DNA from: Oopsacas minuta
Taxonomy: Eukaryota; Animalia; Porifera
Reading direction: 5' to 3'
Length of the DNA stretch: 64,000 bases
Assembly: GCA_024704765.1 (NCBI GenBank)
Contig: JAKMXF010000244.1
Location: forward strand, 611,905-675,904
Shown here: piece after piece, positions 35,851-47,878 of the stretch
Position numbering within the stretch: position 1 is the first letter of the stretch
Layout: every line of letters starts with the position of its first letter
The notes under the pieces: generated by a model
Seen by the model: only the letters and a program-made list of their open reading frames with translations
What the model was told of the DNA's origin: nothing
The model's database searches: none
Position numbers and translations under genes: made by a program

Positions 35851-37094
35851 AATCTTTCATTCATTTTGGGATGCTTGTAATTTCGAAGTTCTATAACAAC
35901 CATACCTGATATGATCTTTAAAGTGTTTCATATATCAACTGGTTCTTCGACCAGTATTTCACATTCTAAATTTGTTTTTTCAAATGATTTTAGAATTGCT
36001 GTTGATTTTGCACTTACATTAATTACTGTTCAAGCTTTCTCTGGATATCCTAAATACTTATTCAATTCAATCAGAAAGAGAGTATAACGTGAAAACTGAT
36101 ACACTATGGTGTAAAACCTAAAAGCTTATGAATCCCTTGACACTTAAGCTATGCGAATTTTCTCTATCCAAAGCTTGGAAAACATTCTAGCGAAATAGCA
36201 ATTTTTCGTAGCTCAGTTGGAACTACCAAAGAAGAATAATCTTAATATCTCAACTAACAAAAGAGGAAGAAGCCAAAATCTAGTGTAATTTCTGTATCTA
36301 TGTTGTTTGGATTATATATTATTACCGTCTTCGTTTCAATTCAGGCGCCGTTTTAGTACAGCTCCTATAGGAGGTGCCCTAATGGCATGGACAATGTATT
36401 ACGTCTGTAAGTACATCCGCGCTGCCGTGCGAAATCTAGCAGTCTGATTAACATGAATATTGGCATACCTATACATTTTGGTCGGAAATTTGCACCTCGG
36501 GTATGAATTTTTCTCAAGTGAAATTTTCACACCTTTTTGAAATATTTCAAAATTATTTTAGAGATTTCGTCTCAACTGTTAGTCTGAGATGATCGGGTAT
36601 TTAGATTCCTATTATGATATATATTTTCAATCTATATCTACATAATTAATAATTTTCGCACCTTTTCACGTGTATTTCTAGGCCTCAACTTAGAAATGTA
36701 GGAAAACTTTGGGGTTCACAAGCTATAGGAATACTCTAATATAACATCGAGTGGGTGAAAAAAAGCTATAAGTTGACTGAAATAAGAGATGCTAGTTAAT
36801 AAAAAATTGATATGAGTTCACCAAAGTAATAGACGATCAGTGCCTAAAATAGGCACAAGTTGACTAAAAATAATAGGGGCAAGTTGACGTATAATAAATA
36901 AACCGAATCGTAGGGAATTTCGTCTTAGTCCATTCTCTATACCATTGGTTCTCACCCTTCTTTCTCCCAGACCTCGTTAGTCCATTTATGGGGTCCGCGG
37001 ACTCTGGCAAAAACTCACCTTGTATATGTTGTAGTGTAGGAGCGAGAATGGGGTGATTGGCATCACACCAAATTCGCAGCTACACTGGAACATA

Positions 37095-37247
37095 CAGTAG
37101 AACTCGGATAAGACGTACCCCCTCGGGAAACAGAAATTAGTACGTCTTAACCGAGTGTACGTCTTATCCGAATATGTTTGCATTACAAATAATGATGACT
37201 GATATTTTGGGATATAAGAAATAGTACGTCTTATCCGAGTTCTACTG
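37095..37247. mobile_element. pogo/Tigger-like MITE (153 bp)
   Basis: Perfect 24-bp TIRs CAGTAGAACTCGGATAAGACGTAC with TA flanks. Confidence 0.9.
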
Positions 37248-37355
37248 TATACGTATAAGTACAATAAATCTTAATTTAACAGATACCATACTGAGGCATA
37301 ACTTGAGATCACAGAGCGAGGTGGCAAGATCAATAATTGCCTCAAGATAATACTT

Positions 37356-37530
37356 CCTTTCTCGCAATACACTTGAGATGGTAGAGTGGTGATATTCGCC
37401 GCTGGGGATGTGCTATTGCAGGTCGCGGTACCATCATCTGGGCTCACCATGATAGGGAATGCGTTGCCTGAGTAACCTCGGCAGAGGTCCCCACAAGGTT
37501 CGATGTACCTTGCCTTTGAGCGCTCTCGAA
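37356..37530 (-). ncRNA. Second copy of the structured module plus the 5' half of the hammerhead (catalytic core missing)
   Basis: 37395-37530 matches 9311-9447. 37356-37377 is an exact 22-bp match to 9488-9509. No CUGANGA or GAAA core follows. Confidence 0.6.
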
Positions 37531-38340
37531 TGGTGGAAAGGTGTTATGTCGTGAATCGTTAGAATTAGTCAGAAGAGTGCAACAGTATTAATTGATCCGA
37601 TGAAAGTGTCACAGTCCGGAAGTTGGATAATATGTTTTCTCATTCCGTCCTATTTATAGAATTGCCCATTTTGGTATAGGATTGAACAAAGTGTCTTTAC
37701 TCAATATACTAAAGCCAGCAAATTGGTAGTGAAGTGTCCATTGGTCGTGATTGATGGTAAAGTGTTTGTAAAAAAGGTCTGACAATTCGGATAGATGCCC
37801 GATTTCAATTGTTAACAAGATAGGTATTTACTTGAATTGACCAGATATCCTCTCGAAGGCAGTAGTATTTGATCCACAAGACTTACATTTAATAGGAACG
37901 AAACCGGTTAACAGATGATTCCAGCTTTTTAATAACGCCTCCCATCATGGATTTGAATAGCACATATTCTCGTAGTTTCTCAAATTCACAGTTACCTTCC
38001 AATTCTAATATGTTTTGGAATTTAGCTTCAATATGTGTAGTTATGATTAACTTCAGTACGTTTATGATGGTTACTTTGTTCGAACTAACAATAGCTGGTG
38101 TATTGTCGAAAGAACAGGTAGTATTATACTCTCCTCCCCATTAATGATATAGTTAAGACAGGTTAACAATATTTTGTTGTGTATACTATGTGGGTGATAC
38201 TACTGATGCTGACATTTATCTTCTTGGGAAATACTTGAGATTCCTATTTTTAAAGTATATAAGGACGATAGTAATCTACTAAGTGTATTGTATTTTAGTA
38301 ATAATAGTTAGAAAGGCCGAATGAGAGATAAATTTCCAGT

Positions 38341-38570
38341 GAACAAACTAATAATTATTTAGAAGTTTGGTCTTTAGTGGTCGGGCAATTACAAATTTAC
38401 TCAGGTAGCACACGATTTCAAGAATGTGCTGAAATCCAAGTACAGTGCGAGACATATTGCATATGAGATTAATTCCACAATGATACCATGGTTCTTCAGG
38501 AGAAGGAATAGGTTGAAGTTCTCGTTGTGGTTGAGGAGGTAGAGCAGCAGAGCGTTGACAGGAAATGATT
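38341..38570 (-). mobile_element. Second Ginger-family integrase fragment
   Basis: CQRSAALPPQPQRELQPIPSPEEPWYHCGINLIC..CYLSKFVIARPLKTK, ~60% identical (by eye) to Ginger exon 6487-6798. Confidence 0.8.
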
Positions 38571-38929
38571 GAATAGTCAGTTTGTAGTCCAGTCTAATGT
38601 TATTATGCTACTCCCGCGATGTCCCAGTAAATTAGCATTCCTTCCCAATTTTTTATCACTCAGATTGGCAATTTTATTTATGTAACATACCCCCACACCT
38701 ATCCCCATTACTAGCTACCGCATTGATCATTTGTCAAAATATTATCGCGATAATATAAATATGCAAAGATAAACAAAACAAAGAATACAATAAATAGACA
38801 AAATATATACGTATCTCTATAAGCTATCTACATCTTGCTTCTATCATATCTTCACTATCATCATTAATTTCCTCGACGTGTTGATTAGGAAGAACTACGT
38901 TAGGAGGTGGTTGAAGTAATATCAATGAG

Positions 38930-39610
38930 CCAAATCCAACAGCTATTAGGTTGTACTTGAGGACAAGAGCTTCCTATGTTCTCCGGGAGCAAACGGATTC
39001 TATCTCCCTTCGAAATCTTGCTAGCCACCTTGAACTCTCGCTCACTTGGAACTGATCCACAAGGTGACTCAAAAATCGAAATGCAATTATCGACAATCGT
39101 AGATATAATTCCAAATGAATTCTCCAGTACCAGAATGAATCCAAATCCCTAGATATTCATTTTTCAGCAAAGTAGAGCAATATTTCTGAATTGATTTGAC
39201 TTTGAAGTATGCCACTTTTACAGAGCATTCGGGCTAACTAATTTGCTTTCGTCATTAGAGTCATTTAGAATCCAAGATAGTAGCCATTGCATACATATCA
39301 ACGAAATGCTTTCGGGAGTCCTCGCCCCTGAAATATCGGTTCATTTGTTTCACAAATTCATTCTTCAAAGTTCCGATGCCGAATTCTTCAATTGCATCCA
39401 ACTAAAATACATATTCTTTATCAATTGAATGGTATCAGAAATGCAAGCATTCTCGCATTCTGCATCCAATGTAGTATCCGAAAATGGCTTTAATAATATG
39501 ATTACTTTGGGAATGAGCATCCAGTCATTTGGCGTGAGTTGAATTTCAGAATTAATCATGATTCGATTATCTTCTTCAGCATATTGAATGGCAGGTTTCT
39601 GCTAAAAGAG
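38930..39610 (-). mobile_element. Degenerate hAT transposase remnant
   Basis: LTPNDW..IILLKPF, ATILD and SVPSEREF..RIRLLPEN dimerisation motif. Confidence 0.65.
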
Positions 39611-40873
39611 TCGAACTAACATACTTAGTATTTGTTGGACTTGGTATATGTGGTATCTTTCTCAGTCAATTTTTTCTTACTTAGTGTTAGGTTCGCTGGT
39701 GCAAATATTGCATCAATTTTTCAACAACTGATTCCCATTTGGACTACTAATTACTATAATCACTTGTACAGAGGATGTTCCTAGTTTCAGGCGACCTTCT
39801 ACTTGGATTATAATACCTGGGAGCTTATTTGCAATCTCAGGAGCAATAGAAATTACTCTGTTCACCTCTATTTCGCAAAGTACTACTAACTCTCAATACC
39901 AGTGGCTTAAGTATATTTTTCTTACTCTAAATGGTGGGGGCACTAGTGTTTATATCGTTTGTCAGGAAATATTTATATTTGACAAACCAAAGAATTGTTG
40001 GCGTAATCATCCTATTTGGGTTACCACATGGAGTTATTTGACTGGTTCAATCAGGGCCATCGAGATCGGGAGCGGGCCCCGGGTCATAATTTTGGGTGCT
40101 GGCCCCCTCTGATATTTTGTTCCGTTATCGTGAAGTGAATAAACAAAACGCAAACTATCGCATTCGTATTATATATATATTAACAATTTAAATACATAAA
40201 ATCCTATTTACTCTTATATTTTATGAATTTTCAAATAGCCTTTAGCTAAATAGCTGTATGGCTATAGAGTTATGATGTAAGTAGTATGAATGAAAAACTA
40301 ATACTACATAGCTAATACTTCAAGAGTTATTGTGGTTAAGAGCAGAAAAATACAAAAATTTACGGTCAGTGTAATTAGCAGAAAGCTTTGCGTGCCTTCT
40401 TCATAGCAAAATCATTGATTTTGTCTGGGTTTCTAGGAAGGATTAAATAACAAAGGTATTACTCTGCCCAGCAATTTCTTTATATTCGCCTTTACTTGGC
40501 TACTTAATGCAGCCAATAAAGCCTATGCATACCTTCACAGACAGAATTTCTCGGCCCTGGTATAATTACCACGCCTACCCCCTACCCCTCTCGACAGCCC
40601 TGGGTTCAACATTTATTAGTTTATCCAGTCTCTACTATGTTACTACTCCCTCAGCATTCTTTATTTCTCAAGAAGAATGGCTTGTTATTATTTATGCTAT
40701 CATTAACACTTCTAATCTGTGTTTTATTCTCTTATCTTGGGCTAACTCAAAAACCAGTGGCACTATTGTCACAGCGTCCTGGCCTTTCCAAGTCATTCCC
40801 TGATTCTTTGGCCCTTATATGCTTGATGGGGAAGAATTGAAATACTTCCAGTAAATAGGATGTGTATTTGTAA

Positions 40874-43597
40874 CATAGACTCCTTTAGAGAAGGACTGGA
40901 ACGTCGCGATCTCGGGGTTTTTAACTTGAGTCTGAGAGGCTCCAATTACAAAATTGAAAAAGCATTAGAACCTATATTTAACCTGTGGTTGGGGGCCAGA
41001 CATAACCAAGAAGCTTAAAATAAGAGTATTGGCCACATTTCCCTTTGACCTTAGGCAGATATGAACTTCCTGTTTTCAACCATATTTCCTTATGTTTTTG
41101 GGATATTTGCATGTTTTGTGCAATGGCTGCGTGGTGATGTTTTATTTTTCTTGTTGCAAATATGTCTGCATGTTTATTGATATTGATTATGCATGATAAT
41201 GTGTTTTGTTTTCAGCTTTTGTGACAATATGCCACGTCGTTGCAGCTGTTTTGGTTGTAGAGGAAACTATGATGGGACGCCTTACCTAAGGGTCATATCC
41301 TTCCCAAAAGATCCTGAGGAGAGGGAGAGATGGATATTGGCAATGCCGAATGAAAACGAAAGCTTGAGGCGCTTGAAGGAGATATATATTTGTGAGAGAC
41401 ATTTCAATTGTGAATGGGTGTCAGTAAAGGATGGAAAGCGACCAAAAGAACCGCCATCAATATTTCCTGGAGTACCGAAATCAGTTTTGAAGCAGGTCAC
41501 CTCAGCTCCACGCCCAACATCATCTACATCAGAATCAAGAGCTAAGAAAGTGCAGGCAGCTTATGAGGCTGCAGACAAGATCGAAGATTTCGACCACTTA
41601 TCCGCCAAAATGAGCTCCTATTTTCCTGGATTTAACTTCATAAAAGACCAGAAAACCTGTACCTATCAAGAACTGACGCTACTGGACAAACTGTCAAGCA
41701 GTTCTTTCATTTCCAACAAGTCAGTTCACCATTTGGATTCCTATTCTTGAATAGAGTTGAAAAAGATGGTATTGAGGTGTCCAAGCGACTATTTCCTTTG
41801 CAGAAGAACAGCTTACTCTCGATATGATCCCAGATTGGATACATAACTGACCAGGTAAACGCCTATGAGTACACAAGACAAGAAATTCTTGAGCACGCAA
41901 TAAGCCAGCTCTGCAAGATGACTGAGGCGCACGAGCTTGCTCATTTCACCTTCCTTCTGTCGCAGCTGTCCCTTATATTCAAACCTCCTGATGGACGCCG
42001 ATTTGACACTGATACTATGATTTTCGCAGTGCAGCTTCACAACATATCACCTAGTGCATACAAAATGATTCGCCGATCCGGCTTAATCATTCTGCCATCA
42101 ACAGAAAAGGTAAAACAGATGCTTGCTTGGGGTCTGCAGGACTCCAACCTCAAAACCTTGTTCGACCAGCTTAAGCCACAGCAGCGTTTGGTAAATTTAA
42201 TGTTTGACGAGGTAAAGCTGGTCGAGACATTGCGATTTTCTGGAGGGCATGTTCTAGGATACTCTCAAAATACTGCAGCGGGTGGTGACCATGAAATGCT
42301 TGCTTCACATGCTATGATGGTTGAAGTTGCCTGCCATTTTGGTGGTCCACACTATATTCTACGCGTTTTGCCCTGCAAAAAACTAACTTCGGATCAGCTG
42401 AAAGAACTCCTTATTGAAGCTGGTTCTGGCGGTACTGTGATTTCTTTAATATATGACAATTGCAATACCAACCGCAGTGTTTATTCAAAGCTTGGAGGAC
42501 CTGGAAGTTGTCAAGTGCTATCGATTCAAGAACAATCTATGTTCTTAGTGTACGACTACTTGCACATCTTCAAAAATATACGCAACAACTGGATTACTGT
42601 TGATAGCAAGACACTCTCATTGTCGTAGATGGCAATGAGTACAAAGCTTACTGGAGTGATATTCAGAAGCTTTATGAGATCGACCGAGCTACTCCTATTC
42701 GTTTAACCAAGCTGACACACACTGTTGTTTTCTCCAAGCCCCTTCAACGTCAGAGCGTACCATTGGTATGTCAAGTGTTCAATGACAAGACTGTCGCTGC
42801 CTTGAAGATGTTCAAGGGTTCACTGGGCATCAGCGAAGGCACCATCATTCTCACCCAGACAATGAGTGAGTGGTTCAAGATAATGAATGTGAAAGACCGT
42901 TTCTCAGCTATCCGTCTTCGCGACGAATCCAGACAGCCTTGGACAGCAGACTGTACAAGTTTCACTAGGCTGGAGGAGGCCTGCCAAATTATATCTACCT
43001 GCGCATGGCAAGGTGGTGGTCATAAGCTGAAGCTAACTAAGCAAACTGCTGAAGCCTTCACTGTGTCCACACATAATAATGTGGATGCTGCCAAATTGCT
43101 TCTGGCAGACAAAGACTTTGACTTCGTTCTTCCTGCTATATTCGCGGATGAGCCTTGGAAAGTTTTTCGGCCAAGCCAGGCAAAGAATAGGTGGAAACCT
43201 TTACATTGACGTAGTTAACATTATTGCTGCAGCTAAAATTGTAAACTTGCAAACACTCAGTAAGCATGACATTATGCCCGAATCTAGTTCTCGTGTGCTT
43301 GATTGTGACAAGAATTGTACAACTTCCGAAAATCCAGCTGAGCGAAGTGAATTCATTGACGAGATCACTCCTCAAGACACTCAAGAACTCCTGAGGTCTG
43401 ATGATACCCTTAAGCATGAAGTTGTTTATTTGGCCGGATACCTTGTTTATAAATATGGTGATAGCAATAGTATGGAGGAGATCATTGGTGATGAAGATGG
43501 TAACGAGGTGTCATCTGAGTTCCTAGATAATTTGAATAGAGGTGGACTGAGTGTGCCGACTATGTCAATCGTCTTTTTCGTACACAATGCCTATAAT
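40874..43597 (+). mobile_element. THAP / P-element transposon copy 1; near-complete frameshifted transposase, 3' end cut at N
   Basis: 5' end CATAGACTCCTTTAGAG. THAP C2CH motif (RCSCFGC..FPKD..RW..CERHF). Core motifs MFDEVKL, YDNCNTN, YDYLHIFKNIRNNW, RQSVPLVCQVF, FFGQARQR and YLAGY. Confidence 0.9.
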
Positions 43598-43598
43598 N

Positions 43599-44317
43599 CG
43601 AAATCTTGGATCTTGTCTGCAGCCTCATAAGCTGCCTGCACTTTCTTAGCTCTTGATTCTGATGTAGATGATGTTGGGCGTGGAGCTGAGGTGACCTGCT
43701 TCAAAACTGATTTCGGTACTCCAGGAAAAATTGATGCCGGTTCTTTTGGTCGCTTTCCACCCTTTACTGACACCCATTCACAATTGAAATGTCTCTCACA
43801 AATATATATCTCTTTCAAGCGCCTCAAGTTTTCGTTTTCATTCGGCATTGCCAATATCCATCTCTCCCTCTCCTCAGGATCTTTTGAGAAGGATATGACC
43901 CTTAGGTAAGGCGTCCCATCATAATTTCCTCTACAACCAAAACAGCTGCAACGACGTGGCATATTATCACAAAAGCTGAAAACAAAACACATTATCATGC
44001 ACAATCAATATCAATTAACATGCAGACATATTTGCAACAAGAAAAATAAAACATTACCACGCAGCCATTGCACAAAACATGCAAATATCCCAAAAACATA
44101 AGGAAATATGGTTGAAAACAGGAAGTTCATATCTGCCTAAGGTCAAAGGGAAATGTGGCCAATACTCTTATTTTAAGCTTCTTGGTTGTGTCTGGCCCCC
44201 AACCACTGGTTAAATATAGGTTCTGATGCTTTTTCAATTTTTTAATTGGAGCCTCTCAGACTCAAGTTAAAAACCCCGAGATCGCGACGTTCCAGTCCTT
44301 CTCTAAAGGAGTCTATG
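43599..44317 (-). mobile_element. 5' 719 bp of the same THAP/P element (copy 2), cut at N
   Basis: Near-exact reverse complement of 56072-56790. Same THAP ORF, with FPKD changed to FSKD. Confidence 0.92.
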
Positions 44318-45050
44318 GTTTAACATTCCAGTAGTTGTATTCACGCCAGAATGCCCAGGATCATGATATAACTGCAATATTTCTTGTACAGTAGGATCTC
44401 CAAGACCTGGGCATCGTGGGACCGGAGGGTGCCCGATCCTAGAATTTGCCCGGATCTCGGAAATATCATTAACTCTATGGTAGTTACAACCCATAATGTA
44501 TATTTGAGTTCCCTTAGGTATTCGAATTCTGTTATTAAATTTACATGCTGTATACAAACGTAATCCAATATAAATATAGTAACTGAAGTCAACGCTAGTA
44601 TGAGGAGAATTATATGAAATGGTGAAATTCTTTTAGACTAATATAAAATAAGGGTGCCCTGTTGAGGGAGGTGCCCGTATCTTGGAGCTCCGGATCTCAG
44701 AGGTTCGACTTTATTTCACCTGAGGTGGGTCATATTACCATAGTCCCATCAGTCTTTCAGATCTAATTTGGATAAACAAATTGTAAAGATGAAATCAAAA
44801 TCATAAATCAAATTTACCATTCGAACAGTTTGTAATTTCATTGACACTGAAATGTTGGAATTTATGGGATGTACTGTTTTCACTAACCTTAAGTAATCTA
44901 CTTGATTCATCTAATTGATACTAGGAAGTTCTTCTTCTAAAGTAATGCTACGCAACTGTAGTGTTAGGTCTTCGGGAATCTTTCCACTCTTGAGATAATT
45001 AATAATATTGGAGTGCTCCAAGGGATCTATAAATTGTTAGGTAGTAGTAA
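44318..45050 (-). mobile_element. Ginger/gypsy-type integrase N-terminal fragment interrupted by P copy 2
   Basis: IINYLKSGKIPEDL and QEILQLYHDPGHSGVNTT (first half of the H2C2 finger) end exactly at the P terminus. Confidence 0.65.
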
Positions 45051-45119
45051 GATACCTCTCACTGAAGAATGGTGATACTAATACAAGGAAGTTGTTCTGT
45101 CATACAAAATGACTCATTC

Positions 45120-45970
45120 AATGTAATTCTAACAAGTAGCAAGATTTTGAGTCAACTAAATCTGTTAGCACACATTCAAGGTGATTCAAACTTGCAACAA
45201 GTTTTTCATTTAACTTCAACTGTTAGGACATAATCAAGGTGATTCTAATATCTAATAGTATTTTTCATTCCATTAACAACTAATGGCAGAATATATATTT
45301 TGGAATCCACTTGAATGTGCCATACCATGTGAAATACATTGGGAAAACTTGTCAAATGTAAGAATAACCCAGACTATGTGTTAACAGTTGATTTTGAATG
45401 AAAAAGGTTGTTGCATGTTGAAATCAACTTGAAAATATCCAAACAAGTGAACATTAATTATACTACTTGTTACATATGAGAATCTACTGGATTATGTCCT
45501 ATCGAACCAAATTGATAGAAAAAACCTATTACATGTAAATATAACCTTAAATATATGCTAACATGTGAAATTGAATGAAAACACATGTTACATGGTTAAG
45601 ATCACCTTGAATATGTCTTGACATAAGAAAACCATGTAAAAATATAGTACATGTTAGATTACCTTGACTATGTGTAATTTTGTGAAATTGAATGAAAAAA
45701 CTTGTCACATGTATGAATCACATTTAATTAGTGTTAACAGGTGGAACTTTATGAAAAGACTTGTCACATGCTAGAATCAACTTGAATATATGCAAACACT
45801 TGAAAATCATTGAAACACTTGGTTCATGTTAGAATCGCCATAAATATGTGTAAACAGTTGAAATTGAATGAAAAACGTGTTAAATGTAAGAATAACCTAG
45901 AATGTGTGCTAACACTTGAAATTGAATGAAAGATCTAGTAACATGTCAGAATCACATTGAATATGTGTTA
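45120..45970. repeat. Degenerate 58-59-bp minisatellite with an orientation switch
   Basis: Consensus ~agaatcaccttgaatatgtgttaacagttgaaattgaatgaaaaacttgttacatgtt. About 11-12 forward units at ~45300-45970 and a few inverted units at ~45120-45280. Confidence 0.85.
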
Positions 45971-46905
45971 AGGATTCTAATAAAAATGACGTAGTGGCAA
46001 TTTATTAGTAGCGCTTAAGATAGTTATAATAACGCATAATCATTTACTATTACTAATCAAATATTTACGCTTTGATGTCTAATTTACACAAATCTCGAAT
46101 ATAGGAATAACACAGGTAGCTTTCAATGGACATCAAATAACAAATCATGATCATTTTATATTCAAATACAAGAGCCTATATCATTAATGGAAATATTTTT
46201 GCTGGCAACAATATTATCATGCATGGAGAATCCTTTGGGCTAACTCTATACTAATGAATTAATTGATAGTAAATACTACTCGCTTTTACTTTACATTACA
46301 AATTTTCATTCGAAGAGAGGTAATGAGACAGACCTCCAAAACTGTCAAATAATATCGAGAATTTTGTTAAATCTTCGACTCATACTTCATTCCCTTCTTA
46401 AACAGTCCTTGTTAAGTAGCTTCTTGCTCTGTCTCTTATACACATCTCAGCTTTGCTTATGGTATTATCTCCAATTAAATAATTGGATATTAGTCCACAA
46501 ATTGCATGGCCTTTCAGTAAAAAGTCGAAATATCTTGCACATTAGTTAATACTTAAACTTAGCTTGGAAATTTTAGTTCAGTTTCACATTCTATATCTTT
46601 ATCCATTCTCCAAATAATGAATCATTGCATTTTCTAAGGTTATGGGTGTATAAATTTTTTCTTCATAAATGCCTCTATTCCCTGTTATGCAACCAAAGTT
46701 CGAGGACCAATGACCTAAGTAACATAATAAATGGCGCAGCATGGTCTAAGGCCTACTTACATATATTACTGTATATGTCACCGAGAAGGCCAACAGGAAA
46801 TCTGTTTTATCACATATTTCCAGAAATATATAATTTAGAGCCGAGGTATGTATGAATGACATATATAGATATGATGGCGAAGTATGTATTTCTACTGTGA
46901 AATCG

Positions 46906-47607
46906 GATTTCTCATCATGTGGTTTCGGAAGAGATATTCTTAGAACGAAAAATGCTACTTTTCAAACTATGTTTAAACCATGTTCTCAGTGTTTTAGTGC
47001 TTGACAGATTATATAATAACTGAAGCGAATAGTATATCTGAAAACAATAGTTGATATGAATGGAATGTCAAAAAATTCCTGTCTTGCCAGGGAAACCTGT
47101 TTTCATTTCTTTAAGCTATACTCAAAAACTGTGTGCTATGGCTCTGAAATATATGCCCGTCTGTAATAGTCAAATTCCTATTCTCTAATAATATAGTTCA
47201 TCTACTTTTTGTTCATACTATTTAGATACTTTGACAATTGCTATATAGATAATAGTCATATTATATATGAGAAATGTCAAAATATCTCAAGTATCAACTG
47301 AAATAAGTGAAATCTATTATTAGCGAATAGGAAGTTGACTATCACGGAACTATTGGTATAAAGTTAAGAGCATAGAATTCATAGTTTCTGAGTTATAGGT
47401 TCAAAAATATCAACACGTTCCCTTAGCAACACTGGAATCTGTTCACATTCCATTCATATCAAGTATATTATTCAAATATAGTATCTGCCTCTGTCATTAT
47501 CTAGAACTGTCAAGCACTAAAACACAGAGAACGTGGTTAAATATAGTTTGAAAAGCTGCCCTTTTCGTTCTAAAAATAGCTCTTGCGAAACCACATGATG
47601 AGAAATC
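46906..47607. mobile_element. MITE-like foldback with ~100-bp IRs
   Basis: 46906-47007 and 47507-47607 are inverted copies (gatttctcatcatgtggtttcg..gttttagtgcttgacag). Confidence 0.75.
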
Positions 47608-47878
47608 ATACTTTAGGCACTTGTAATGTATTTCGATAACTTATTCCTATACTCCATAAATACCTGGGGCATTCGAACTATTCCCATCGAAAGATTTCTG
47701 CGCGATGGATGCCAAAAATCGTCACAAAAAAAGAGGAAAGAGGAGAAGAGGGCTTCATGCCAAAAAAATTTCTTAAAGAATGGTGAGATTGTGTATCTCG
47801 AAGATTAAATAATATCGTTACTCGTGAGGAAACTTGGGTTGTAAATTCTGAACCTCTGCGTAACGAACAAAGCTAATT

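Noticed and set aside
40380-40870. Short hydrophobic ORFs 40507-40803 and 40637-40840 as a host membrane-protein gene
   Set aside because: No recognisable domain or consistent splice structure in any frame.
40874-44317. A single P element with 719-bp terminal inverted repeats containing the THAP ORF
   Set aside because: The right arm starts at an N, there is no matching TSD (atttgtaa vs gtttaaca), and the arm matches copy 3 better than copy 1.
45120-45970. CRISPR-like array
   Set aside because: Whole units are homologous with no unique spacers, the context is eukaryotic, and there are no cas genes.
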